DNA of 64,000 bases. It comes from Amphiscolops sp. MND2022. Taxonomy: Eukaryota. Of this stretch, positions 10,987 through 20,573 are shown piece by piece. Numbering within the stretch: the first letter of the stretch is position 1; each line of letters begins with the position of its first letter. Both the position numbers and the translations under genes were made by a program. The notes below the pieces were generated by a model that worked only from the letters and a program-made list of their open reading frames with translations, did no database searches and was not told where the DNA came from. Location: positions 1 to 64,000 of the forward strand of contig OZ076414.1 in assembly GCA_964187785.1 (NCBI GenBank). The letters are read 5' to 3'.

Positions 10987-11717
10987 ACAAGGTCATTCCC
11001 ACTGACAACCATGTGTTTATGTCTCTTGTTGGTCCATCCGGCTCTGGAAAGACTACTCTTTTGTATAAACTTTTAACATTGCCAGTGTTTCAACCAAGGT
11101 ACCAATCTGTAATTTTTTTCTATCAACATTATCAAGAAGCGTACGAAAAACTGAAGCGAGATGTTGCCGAAATTGAATTCATACAAGGACTAGACTTTGA
11201 TTTGATCAATCAATCATTTACACATGACGGAAAAAAACGCTTGCTAATTTTTGATGACTTTTCAGAGGAACTTTTAAAATCTAAAGATTTCACTCGGATT
11301 GCTACCGCTGGTAGACACTTGGGCTTGCATGTTTTGTATATTAAGCATAATTTATTTCATAAATCACCCATTGGAAGAGACGTAGAGTTGCAGTTGACTC
11401 ATATTGTGCTTTTTCAATCTCCCCGTGACATTAATCAAATTGAACGACTTGGGCAACAGTTGGGCAAGCAAAAATTTTTACCTCTATGCTATAAGGATGC
11501 CACATCCAAACCTTTTGGATTTCTCATGATTGATCTGTCACCCAAAACATTGGACATTTTACGATTTTGTACAAATTTGGAGCCAACAGTTTTCTATATA
11601 CCCAGTGAAAAGGCCCGCATTACAGAAATTGACGATGACTACACAACAAGTTATTACGCTGCAGCATTTCAAGAGTCTTTCACTGGCCGACCGGTTGGAC
11701 ATGTTGAAAAGATGTGA
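10983..11717 (+). CDS. A32/FtsK-like genome packaging ATPase
   Basis: Walker A GPSGSGKT, Walker B LLIFDD, conserved GRH and HNLF motifs. Confidence 0.95.
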   Translation: MNKVIPTDNHVFMSLVGPSGSGKTTLLYKLLTLPVFQPRYQSVIFFYQHYQEAYEKLKRDVAEIEFIQGLDFDLINQSFTHDGKKRLLIFDDFSEELLKSKDFTRIATAGRHLGLHVLYIKHNLFHKSPIGRDVELQLTHIVLFQSPRDINQIERLGQQLGKQKFLPLCYKDATSKPFGFLMIDLSPKTLDILRFCTNLEPTVFYIPSEKARITEIDDDYTTSYYAAAFQESFTGRPVGHVEKM

Positions 11718-11940
11718 GGACAATTTCATTGAGTTTCTGGCCGAATCAGTTGTAAACATTTTGCAAGGTGTAGTGCCCGGAATCAGGCGGAAAGACATTG
11801 AAAAGTTCAAGCCACAAATTGTGCGAATCATTTCGACCAAAGCAACTCTTGCGGAACAGCGGGCCATATTCACTTCCCGAAAGGGGCTCTTGTTGCTAGA
11901 TGTTATTATCGAGCATGTTATTCAATACTTTTTAAGTTAG
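11635..11940 (+). CDS. Small conserved Polinton protein downstream of the ATPase
   Basis: FIEFLAESVVNILQG...K..I.R pattern typical of this gene position; ATG at 11635. Confidence 0.6.
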   Translation: MTTQQVITLQHFKSLSLADRLDMLKRCEDNFIEFLAESVVNILQGVVPGIRRKDIEKFKPQIVRIISTKATLAEQRAIFTSRKGLLLLDVIIEHVIQYFLS

Positions 11941-11945
11941 TAGTA

Positions 11946-12670
11946 ATGGAATTGAAAAAATTTGTATTGATACCTTTTTCACAGTACAAGAGTCAATTGG
12001 CATCGAGTAGGCCTGTCAGCACAGTATTGTACGATTCAAAATTGACCAATGAGGAAAAGACTAAAATTTTGCCTACATTGGACCGAAAAAAAAGAGAGCT
12101 GCTGCTGTTGTAAGCACGCCTACCACCACACTGGTCACTGCTAGCACCGTACCTGCAAGTGGTAGTAGTAGTACAACAAAGACTATTGATCGTCAAAAAG
12201 AGGCAATTTTGTTGGATGTGGGTGGAAGCGAAACTACTCAAAGACGTAGCGCTTCGTTGTACGACAAAATTTTGTCTAATCCAAAAATAGAATTGACAAG
12301 TGAAGGTACAATTAAGCTGGAAAATTCCGACACAGACATTCCTCTCAGCACATTTTTATATAGATTACAGAATCCTTTTCCAAAAAGTAGTCCAGTAACA
12401 CGACAGTTTTTGGACATTGTTGAAAATGTGAAAATCCCCGAACACTTGATTGCAAATCAGTCTCTGTTGAAACATCAAAGAAGTAGACAAAATAAAGCTC
12501 CTCCTCCTCCTCTCGGTGGCTCGGACGACGACGCCGACGATGACGAAGAGGACTTTGAAAGCGTCGACGAAGGTGCAGGTAGCAGCAGCAGCAGCAGCAG
12601 GGCAACAAGCGGCAAAGAAAAGAAAGGAAAAGAATGGTATTCAGTCAAGGGCGAAAAGAAACAATTTTGA
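11946..12670 (+). CDS. Conserved Polinton protein split by a -1 frameshift at an A8 run (12086-12093)
   Basis: MELKKFVLIP...EEKTKIL (11946-12113) continues in the -1 frame without stops into ORF 12209-12670 (LYDKILSNPKIELTSEGTIKL...IPEHLIAN). Confidence 0.65.
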
Positions 12671-13598
12671 AAAAGACAGAGAAAAAAGGTTGTTGGAAAA
12701 GGCTTGGAAGAGTGGCTTCTCAGCGTATGGATCGCGCCAAAATTTGCAAAAAGCTACAAAATTGTCCGTGAAAAAAGTTGATGACTTTTTGCAAGGTAAA
12801 AACTCCTACACAAAATTTTTCATTCCCCAGCGTAGATCCTATCCCCGATTGACAACACTTGCTTTCGACATTAACGACATTTGGTGCATGGACGTTGCTT
12901 ACGTCGATAAAATTGCCATGCCAAATGATGGTGTAAAATTTTTACTAGTCTGTGTAGATGTCCTGTCACGCTACTTGAGAGTGGAACCACTGAAGCGACT
13001 GACATCTGTTGCTGTGAAAGATGGTCTAGTTGCCATGTTGAATAAATGCCCGACAGTACATCCCAACAAAATTTGGACCGATCAAGGTCGAGAGTTTGAG
13101 GGAGAATTTCGCAAGTTTTGCAAATTTGTTGGAATACACCAATATAATTCGTTCAGTGGTACAAAAGCAGCATTTGCTGAGCGAGCCATTAGAGCCTTGA
13201 AGGCCCAAATTGTTCGGTATCTCGAAGAGGAATGGATGTGGCGCTATATTGACAAGTTGCCAGACTTTGTAAAAACTCTCAATGACCGTGTGAATCGGTC
13301 AATTGGTATGGCACCGTCAAAGGTTGAGAAAAAGCATGTGCTCAAACTTATCGCACTTAAACAAAGGTCTGCAGTGATGAAAGAAAAAAAGGCCAAGTAC
13401 AAGGTGGGCGACCTTGTACGCATTGCTTCAAAGAATGTGCCCTTTAGAAAAGGATATCTACAACAGTTTACAAATGAAATTTTTTCAATTTCCACCGTGT
13501 TCTCCACTCATCCACCGTCTTACATTTTGCGCGATGAAAAAGGCCAAGAAATTCAGGGCAAATTTTACGAAGCTGAGATTATTAAAGTACTTAAGTGA
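12540..13598 (+). CDS. Retroviral-type (rve) DDE integrase
   Basis: Catalytic triad in WCMD / WTDQGREF / AERAIR; C-terminal YKVGDLVRI...FY..E. First ATG at 12540. Confidence 0.95.
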   Translation: MTKRTLKASTKVQVAAAAAAGQQAAKKRKEKNGIQSRAKRNNFEKDREKRLLEKAWKSGFSAYGSRQNLQKATKLSVKKVDDFLQGKNSYTKFFIPQRRSYPRLTTLAFDINDIWCMDVAYVDKIAMPNDGVKFLLVCVDVLSRYLRVEPLKRLTSVAVKDGLVAMLNKCPTVHPNKIWTDQGREFEGEFRKFCKFVGIHQYNSFSGTKAAFAERAIRALKAQIVRYLEEEWMWRYIDKLPDFVKTLNDRVNRSIGMAPSKVEKKHVLKLIALKQRSAVMKEKKAKYKVGDLVRIASKNVPFRKGYLQQFTNEIFSISTVFSTHPPSYILRDEKGQEIQGKFYEAEIIKVLK

Positions 13599-13640
13599 AA
13601 AGAATACATTTCACAAATCATTTTTTAGCTCTAATCGACA

Positions 13641-14105
13641 ATGAGTGGTTCATTCCACAAACAAAACCCATTAAACAATTATTACCGTGGTCCCGTTAGA
13701 CAAAGAGGAAGTGGCATTGGTTCTTTAGCCCTCAAAGTTGCACGTCATGCACTACCACTTTTGTCCAAATACGTGTTGCCTTCTGCCAAAAGAGTGGGAA
13801 AAGATTTTGCTTTGAATTTGTTGCCCGAAGTATTTGATGTTGTCACTGGTCGTGGTGGTGAACCAGCAACAACTTCAAGCATTAAAAAGGCAGTGAAGCG
13901 GGCAGCGGGGAAAACAGTAAAGAAACAATTGGGCACTGGTGGTGCAGCAAAAAAGAAGAGACGACGACAGTCAGTTGGAAAGAGTTCCAAGACCAAAAAC
14001 AGTCGCACAGCAAAAAAGGGCCGCAAAAAACAATCAGGAGGCAAAACAACAACAAAAAAGACTCAAAAACGCAAAAAGATTGACATTTTTCAAAACTTGC
14101 CTTGA
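13641..14105 (+). CDS. Basic pVII-like DNA-condensing core protein precursor
   Basis: YYRG..RQRGSGIGSL N-terminus and K/R-rich C-terminus; QxGxG/QxGG motifs. Confidence 0.75.
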   Translation: MSGSFHKQNPLNNYYRGPVRQRGSGIGSLALKVARHALPLLSKYVLPSAKRVGKDFALNLLPEVFDVVTGRGGEPATTSSIKKAVKRAAGKTVKKQLGTGGAAKKKRRRQSVGKSSKTKNSRTAKKGRKKQSGGKTTTKKTQKRKKIDIFQNLP

Positions 14106-14140
14106 CGGTCAATAACATTCGTAATATTGTTCTCAAAACA

Positions 14141-15442
14141 ATGACAACGACGACGGCGGCGCACATAATACCTAAACCGGCAACCCACTCTAGTCTGGAC
14201 ATTTTTTCTAAGCCAGAAGTGCTAGTGTCTTTTGACAATTCTTTTGAACAAGAAACGTTGCCAGTCACTGCACACGATGCACCAGTTTTTGAGTTTGTAC
14301 TCACCACTGATCGAAACATTTACTTGGATTTGCAAAGCGTCGAATTAAAGTTGGAGGCAAAAATTGGAAAGGGCGCCAATGGCAATACTAATTTGGAGAC
14401 GGAGTTGGCTGGAGGCAACACTGTAGCTAAAGCAACCGACAAAGTCAGCTTCATCAACAACACTCTACACTCCTTCTTTTCCAATTGCGACATTTTAATC
14501 AACAATGAAATTGTACACACGTCCAACAATTTGTATGCACAGAGAGCTTTTGTTGAAACGGAACTGTCCCACACACAGGGCTGTGCCACAACAAAGCTCA
14601 TTACGCAAGGCTACAACTTTGAGCCCGCCACCGGTGATATGCTTGCCCACCGAGAAACATGGACCTTAGGCTCCGCTTCAAAGACATTTTATGGAAAACT
14701 GGCGGTGGATTTCCTGGCATGTGATCAACTTCTCATTCCCAATTGTTCTATGCGAATTCGACTGACACGGAACAAGCCCGAATACTTGCTGCAAAGTGCT
14801 GTCACCAACCCTGCCTTCACCCCAAAAATTGAACGAGTGTCAATTTTTGCTCGTTACTACACTGTTGCAGAAAACTATCACGTCAATTTACAACGATCTC
14901 TACTCAAGTGGCCTGCTAGATACAACTATTTTGAAGTACGCAGCAAGACATTTGTGATTCCAAGGGACCAAAGTCATTTTATTCGTGAAGACATTTTCAA
15001 TGCAGAACCCATTAGACGCATGGTACTGGCCATGTGTCCCAACAATCAGTTTACTGGACGTTGGACAGACACTCCGCTCGCATTCCACAAACACAATTTG
15101 AAGAAAGTGCGAGTATTGCGGAATGGTGTACCAGTGGTGGAATATAGCACAAGTTCCAACACTCAACTGTACTTTAAGACTATTCAAAACCTCCATTTTG
15201 ATCAAGACGGTCCCTTAATCAAGTTGGACAATTATGAAAATCACTACTATCTAGTTTTCGACCTTACGTCCACACAACAGTGCAATCAAGAAATTTACTA
15301 CCCCGAAATTGTGGGAGCACCAATACGGATCGAGCTCGAATTTTCGACCAACACTAGCACGCCTTTGGAGCTGTTTGTGCTGGGAGAACGATTTACAACA
15401 GTTCAAATTGATCATACAGGAAAAGTGTTGAAACATGGATAG
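14141..15442 (+). CDS. Double jelly-roll major capsid protein
   Basis: SSLDIF..P, FINNTLHSFFSN.DI.IN, LIPNC.MRIRL and F.LT motifs; ~433 aa; located between the core protein and protease genes. Confidence 0.92.
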   Translation: MTTTTAAHIIPKPATHSSLDIFSKPEVLVSFDNSFEQETLPVTAHDAPVFEFVLTTDRNIYLDLQSVELKLEAKIGKGANGNTNLETELAGGNTVAKATDKVSFINNTLHSFFSNCDILINNEIVHTSNNLYAQRAFVETELSHTQGCATTKLITQGYNFEPATGDMLAHRETWTLGSASKTFYGKLAVDFLACDQLLIPNCSMRIRLTRNKPEYLLQSAVTNPAFTPKIERVSIFARYYTVAENYHVNLQRSLLKWPARYNYFEVRSKTFVIPRDQSHFIREDIFNAEPIRRMVLAMCPNNQFTGRWTDTPLAFHKHNLKKVRVLRNGVPVVEYSTSSNTQLYFKTIQNLHFDQDGPLIKLDNYENHYYLVFDLTSTQQCNQEIYYPEIVGAPIRIELEFSTNTSTPLELFVLGERFTTVQIDHTGKVLKHG

Positions 15443-15863
15443 TGCAGCCTTGCTACAAGTTATTTCCAAAAGTCCCGCACTAAAATATCGATACTTGGGT
15501 TGCTTCGACCCCAATACTTTCATTTTCCCAATGCCAATAGACACTTTTCAAATTGTAAACACCACTACAGACGTTGAGGGACATTGGATAACGTTGATCC
15601 GCTTATCCAACGGCTTTCACTATTTTGGAGATTCCCTGAAAGCAACAAGCTTGAATCAGTACCCAATGTTGTTTACCCGACTGCCACCACCGCCAGAACA
15701 GAAAAAGACAACAACATTATTTCTACCTTTGAACACTTCAATAAAGCAGGTCGATTCCTTGTGTGGTCTCTATTGTATTTATTTTGCATGGAACTTATTT
15801 GATAATACACCTAAAGTAACGAATGATTTTGAATTGTATCAATTGTTTTGTAATCTTTTATAG
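15435..15863 (+). CDS. Adenain-like cysteine protease
   Basis: IVNT...GHW, YFGDS and Q...SLCGLYC catalytic motifs. Confidence 0.92.
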   Translation: MDSAALLQVISKSPALKYRYLGCFDPNTFIFPMPIDTFQIVNTTTDVEGHWITLIRLSNGFHYFGDSLKATSLNQYPMLFTRLPPPPEQKKTTTLFLPLNTSIKQVDSLCGLYCIYFAWNLFDNTPKVTNDFELYQLFCNLL

Positions 15864-15897
15864 AAAAAAAAATGTTTGTAAAGAAAGTTTTTTTTTT

Positions 15898-16797
15898 TCA
15901 AACAGTAATTGCAGGCACATGTTTTTTACGAAAATGTAAATTTAAAACTACAAGTCCCAAACTGGTAAAGGGAATTAATTTTCCCTTCATATCTCGAATC
16001 TCAATCTGTATACTATTGAAATTATCCAAACAAACATTTCGATACTGCAAATTGGAAAAGGATCGGTTGTCGTAAGGGTATATGACAATCAAATCCTCAT
16101 TTTTCGTTCGTTGACGAAATGTGAAGGCACGTAAAAGTTGGTTCTTCACATTGCCCACGTTACTAAAGTCTACAATATCACTGTATACAAAAATTGTGTG
16201 AAAACGTGCGATATCACAAGGGTAGGGAGCAATGATTTGGTTGGCTTCACAGTACACAGCATCCGTTCCCAATCCCAAAATTTGAGCCAAGTCATCACTT
16301 TGAATTTTGAAGTATACACGGCTCTGTCCTTCTGTAGTTCCTTCAAACGTGAATGAAAGGTTCAAAGTTTCCTCGTTGTAAGCAAAGGTCATTGTCCTCT
16401 CCATGTTTGTAAAAGTAGCAATTTGAGAATTCATTGCGTCAATAATTTGACCAATTTCTGTGTAACAACCCTTTGGAATGTTAAAAGAACGATATTGATT
16501 CAAAAAGGGCACATCTGGATAACTATTTATAAGTTCCTTGCTGACAGTATCAGGTTTGTTTACAACAACGCGATATCGTTGAAGAGTCGGTGTAGGAATA
16601 TAGCCTAGCGTGAATTCACCGTCTGTGACATTGTATACTCGGTTTGGGAACGAAATGTCTGTGAGTGCAACTTCCCATTCACTGCCTCTGCCCAAATTGA
16701 TTGGATTTGACATAAAGTTTGAAAAAAATGCCAGAGTATTATTTGGATAAATGTCCAAACTTGCATTAGACAATAGATCAATATAAAAGGAAGTCAT
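15898..16797 (-). CDS. Minor capsid (penton-like single jelly-roll) protein
   Basis: FY..L.SNAS...YP.N, WEVAL.DISFP, FVYSDIV...VG...LLR and LHFRK motifs. Confidence 0.9.
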   Translation of the reverse strand: MTSFYIDLLSNASLDIYPNNTLAFFSNFMSNPINLGRGSEWEVALTDISFPNRVYNVTDGEFTLGYIPTPTLQRYRVVVNKPDTVSKELINSYPDVPFLNQYRSFNIPKGCYTEIGQIIDAMNSQIATFTNMERTMTFAYNEETLNLSFTFEGTTEGQSRVYFKIQSDDLAQILGLGTDAVYCEANQIIAPYPCDIARFHTIFVYSDIVDFSNVGNVKNQLLRAFTFRQRTKNEDLIVIYPYDNRSFSNLQYRNVCLDNFNSIQIEIRDMKGKLIPFTSLGLVVLNLHFRKKHVPAITV

Positions 16798-16854
16798 CTT
16801 TAGGGAACTGGATAGGAAACACAGAATTTGATTGAATGAGAGTCACTCACTCAT

Positions 16855-17499
16855 TCATTCATCTTCACTGCTGCTGCTGGAGCCAATCATCAGCTTTACC
16901 CTCTTTAGATTTTTCTTTTTTGGTTGGCGACAACATTTTTCGTCGTCGTCGACATCCGCCGATGCTATAGTTTCTGCGTTGCTATCTGTATTATCGGATA
17001 TCGACCAATAAGATCGTAAGGATTCTTCGTATTCTTGTGTTCCCAACTGATTCTCCGTAATGGGCACTAGCGTGTTTTCCAAACGATTGAACTCTCTTCT
17101 CAATTCCAGACTCAAACAACCTGGATGTGTGCACTCCATTTCTTTCCAGTCATACGTTTCCAACAACATCAAATCAACAGAGTATTGGCGGGGCAGTTGT
17201 GGCGGACTAGGAGCTGTCAAGTCAAAAACACTTTGGTTGTCAGTGTCACTTTCTCCTTGCTCGTCGTCGTCGTTGTCGTCGTCGTTCGATCTGAGCATTT
17301 TTTTTGCAGTATCAACTGTAACTTGAGCACTAATTAAGTGTAATAAATGAACCGGTAGGAGAAAAGACTCAACAATTTTCCATTCATCATTTGTTGCTGA
17401 GTTTTTCACTTCCTTTATTAGGATTGCCGACGCTCCGAAATGTGTCTTGTAGGCAAATATACGTTCGACGTCAATACGTTGTGTGAATATGTAAATCAT
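16855..17499 (-). CDS. Hypothetical acidic Polinton protein (~214 aa)
   Basis: Open ORF from the ATG at 17499; D/E/S-rich tracts; no family recognised. Confidence 0.55.
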   Translation of the reverse strand: MIYIFTQRIDVERIFAYKTHFGASAILIKEVKNSATNDEWKIVESFLLPVHLLHLISAQVTVDTAKKMLRSNDDDNDDDEQGESDTDNQSVFDLTAPSPPQLPRQYSVDLMLLETYDWKEMECTHPGCLSLELRREFNRLENTLVPITENQLGTQEYEESLRSYWSISDNTDSNAETIASADVDDDEKCCRQPKKKNLKRVKLMIGSSSSSEDE

Positions 17500-18349
17500 T
17501 GTTTCCAACAACAACAAAATTATTCTGAAAACAATAATGTTAAAACTACTGCAAAAAAAACAACAATCATTTTGTGTTAAGGAGATTCAGCAGTGACCAG
17601 TAGAATGGATGAGAGCTCCTTTCTTGAAGAAGCGTGTTTTTATTTGATGGGAAAAAGTTTATAAAAATTATACATTCTAATGCAAAAATTTTTGCAGTGT
17701 GGAAAAAGGGCAGAATTTGCTATGTTACGTTGATCATTGTGAATCTTGTATAGTTGTCGGGTGGTAAACAAGAGCTACTCTAACTGCTATTCTCAGTCAA
17801 TAAAGATGAAAACAAAAAAAAGTTTTGAAAAAAAAATTCAGAACAAAATATTGAGTGAACCCTAGACATGGGCACATCAAATTCGTCTAATTTTTCGTCC
17901 CGAATCTAAATTTCGCATCAAAACGGCATTTCTCGTAAAATTGGAGTTTTTCAAAATTTTTGCCCCATGGGGGGATTTTTTCCCTTTCGGAAAATAATTT
18001 TTCAAGAAGGTTTTTTTTCGTCTTTCCAATGATATATATGACGATGGGTGTTCATGATAGTCATTGACAAGTGAAATTTCGAGTTTTAAAATTGAAAAAA
18101 AAAGACTGAAACTAAGTTTTTCCGTGAGTCAAGACCATGCATTCATGTTTAAATTTTAATTCCAACCAGAATATGTCAATGAAAGCGCATTTCAGAGTTT
18201 TTCATTTTTATCCATGATAAGGGGTTGTTGACGTTCCAGTTTTAACGTTAAACAAAGTAGTAATTGATTATGTACAAAACTAGATTCAAATCCAAAAAGT
18301 GAGTCTTGAAGAATGTTACTGTTAAATGAAGAAAAGTACAACTTAGCTA

Positions 18350-19041
18350 TTAGTTGTTTTTGGGAGACGCCAATTGGAGAACATCGAGCAAAGTTCGTTC
18401 CAAAAACTGCCGAGTGTAGTGAAATTGGTCAGTCATGTCGACACCTCTGGTACGCATCTTGTGCACGTTCAAAGATTTGCACTTTTCGAGCTGTTTCTGC
18501 AAAACTTTATCGACCCTTTTTTTGTTCGAATTGGGAAGAAGTTGATTACGTCTCGCCAGACCAATCACTAGTTTGACACCTTTCGTTTTGCAAACTCTGT
18601 TCCATAGCATTAGTTTTTCCGTAAGGTCTTTAGGTGACAGTGTCGAAACACTATTGTTCCCTTAAACACATTGTTTCCCAATCAACTATCATTTTTTATC
18701 GCAAAAAAACTCAATTTTGTTGCTACGGGACAACAGGGTTAGGGTTAGGGTTAGGGTTAGGGTTAGGTTTGAAAAAAAAACAACTAACTTGGTGGCATTG
18801 TGAGTGAATTGTAGAGAATGTCGGGAAAGATAAAGACGAACTGACACCCTGGTCGAGAAAGGGCTCGGAACAACAAGGAGTCAAGTGTAGGTTTTGAAAA
18901 GTTTTGTTTAGAAGAGGAGGAGGAGTATTCATGACGACCGCCACTTTCGGCGAGAATTTGGATATGTTTATAATGAGATGAATCCTTAATGATTCTACAA
19001 AGATTTGAAGCACCAATAACAATCGCGTGCTTTATTTCCAT
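18350..19041 (-). CDS. Predicted two-exon SGNH/GDSL-like hydrolase (187 aa): exons 19041-18789 and 18660-18350
   Basis: Block I IVIGASN, block II SGG, block III LYNS, block V DQFH (DxxH). A phase-1 intron 18788-18661 (GTTAGT...TTTAAG) joins ORFs 18784-19125 and 18350-18610 in frame. Confidence 0.72.
18736..18767 (+). repeat. Interstitial telomeric repeat GGG(TTAGGG)4TTAGG
   Basis: Read directly from the sequence. Confidence 0.97.
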
Positions 19042-19151
19042 GAAACCTGAAAACAGATGATGTGGTATTTGAGAGTCAGAGCAGAATAGTTTTGGTACTA
19101 GAACAAATCGTGCAAGCACAGACAAAAACGAAAAACATGCAAATAATTATA

Positions 19152-19505
19152 TTAAAGATTGTTCTTTGTACAGTAGAGTTTGTAGGAACTATCTACACGT
19201 TTTTGGAGGGCCTGGAGGATACCCTTATCAAGGGTACCTTTCCTCCAGGCCTCCAGACATGCGCGCAGGAGCCCGCGCTCATGCTTTCTCATCGCCCAGA
19301 AGGCGAAAAGATCGAGCACGGGCTCCACTGTTACTCCTTTGATGTACGAGTGGATTCCCTGCAGCGAAAAGTTTGTGAACGTTAACATTTGAGAGGAAGT
19401 TTCAACGGCCAAAAGCTCTAGAAAACAAAGATTGAACAACCTACCTCGTCGCCGATCAACATGGTCAAAACGTCGCAGGTGTCCCTTGACACCTCCAAGA
19501 GACAT
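19152..19505 (-). CDS. Hypothetical Polinton ORF (117 aa), overlapping strong hairpins
   Basis: ATG-initiated ORF upstream of the SGNH gene; no motif. Confidence 0.35.
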   Translation of the reverse strand: MSLGGVKGHLRRFDHVDRRRGRLFNLCFLELLAVETSSQMLTFTNFSLQGIHSYIKGVTVEPVLDLFAFWAMRKHERGLLRACLEAWRKGTLDKGILQALQKRVDSSYKLYCTKNNL

Positions 19506-20573
19506 CCGGACCTGGGCCTCTGGTTGATGAGGCCCCAGGCGAAGTGATCTATTTTATCCAGTTCACTCCACAGAAGCATTTTTGATTTTTTAGTTTATGT
19601 GGGTATGTGTGGGTGAACTGAGGTTTTCAAAGTTTTGAGCACAGAATGAATTTTTGAGCTCGGTAGGCTCAACTCTTTTTTCAAGACTCCAAGCACCTCC
19701 TTCGGTTTCTTTCCAGTTTCACTTTTATCTGGGAAACATCAAAGATTTTAACCCAGGCGAAATTTCCATATCTAATCATTTGGAAACTCGGATAAATAAC
19801 CACATTCACTTTTTAGGGCCCATAAGACCCGGATCAAAGGCTCCGCTATCTTTTGAACCTGTTTTCAAAGTCTTGCAGGGTCCACCTTAATTCCTTTGAA
19901 ATTCGGAACCCACTAAATTTGAGTTGCCAAGTGATGAATCAAAGAAAAGACCGACACTCTGTTAATTGGCATTGTCTTTTCAGTTATAATTAACAAAAAA
20001 ATGTTGCCTTCACAATTCCAAAACAAATTAAAAGGCATTTTGATTGCTTTTTTTCCAAAAATTTAGCATTTTTTCCCGACATTTTCATGTTTTTTTCAGA
20101 CATTTTAGGTCATTTTGTCTCTTTACAGAATGTGAAAATTCGGTGTAAAAAGAAGCTGGGATGATTTCCATAAGCTTGCTGGAATAGTTAATGACTGTTT
20201 CCATTACGCAAATGAAGGCAATATCAGGGAAATTTGTTCCACAGCAATCACACTTCTAAAGAAAGGTAATATAATCTAAGAGCACATTCATTTCAAAGTT
20301 GCTAGATTAAAAGAATTTTTATTGATTCCATTTCCTTTCATCCCATCTGCGTTCCATTTCCATTCCTAACAAACCACTCCTTCCATTTTTATTACTTTCC
20401 AGCACGCCAAGGTAAGGAACTTTCCTTTCATTGCCTGAAATACGAACAAAAATTTATCGGGCCTGTATTTTGTTTTCGGATTTTGTTCGGCTCTCGGTGA
20501 GTATTTTCATATTCGGATACGTCATGTTCGTATCGCAAATATTACGTAACGTTTCAGAAAGTTTTGTGATCAC

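Noticed and set aside
3181-17337. Numerous 60-145 aa ORFs antisense to or overlapping Polinton genes (e.g. 3181-3462, 7694-7930, 13745-14044, 13882-14319)
   Set aside because: Shadow frames of well-supported genes on the other strand or frame, without motifs.
18350-18610. piggyBac transposase fragment (GVD..DQ motif)
   Set aside because: No other piggyBac motifs, TIRs or TTAA TSD; DQFH is better explained as SGNH block V.
18661-18723. Nearer acceptor CCCGTAG (18723) for the SGNH intron
   Set aside because: It leads to an in-frame stop after 13 codons; the acceptor at 18661 restores the frame.
19520-19550. Hammerhead ribozyme (TTGATGAG-GCC-CCA-GGC-GAAG)
   Set aside because: The core deviates (UUGAUGA, GAAG) and stems I and III could not be found; a simple hairpin explains it.
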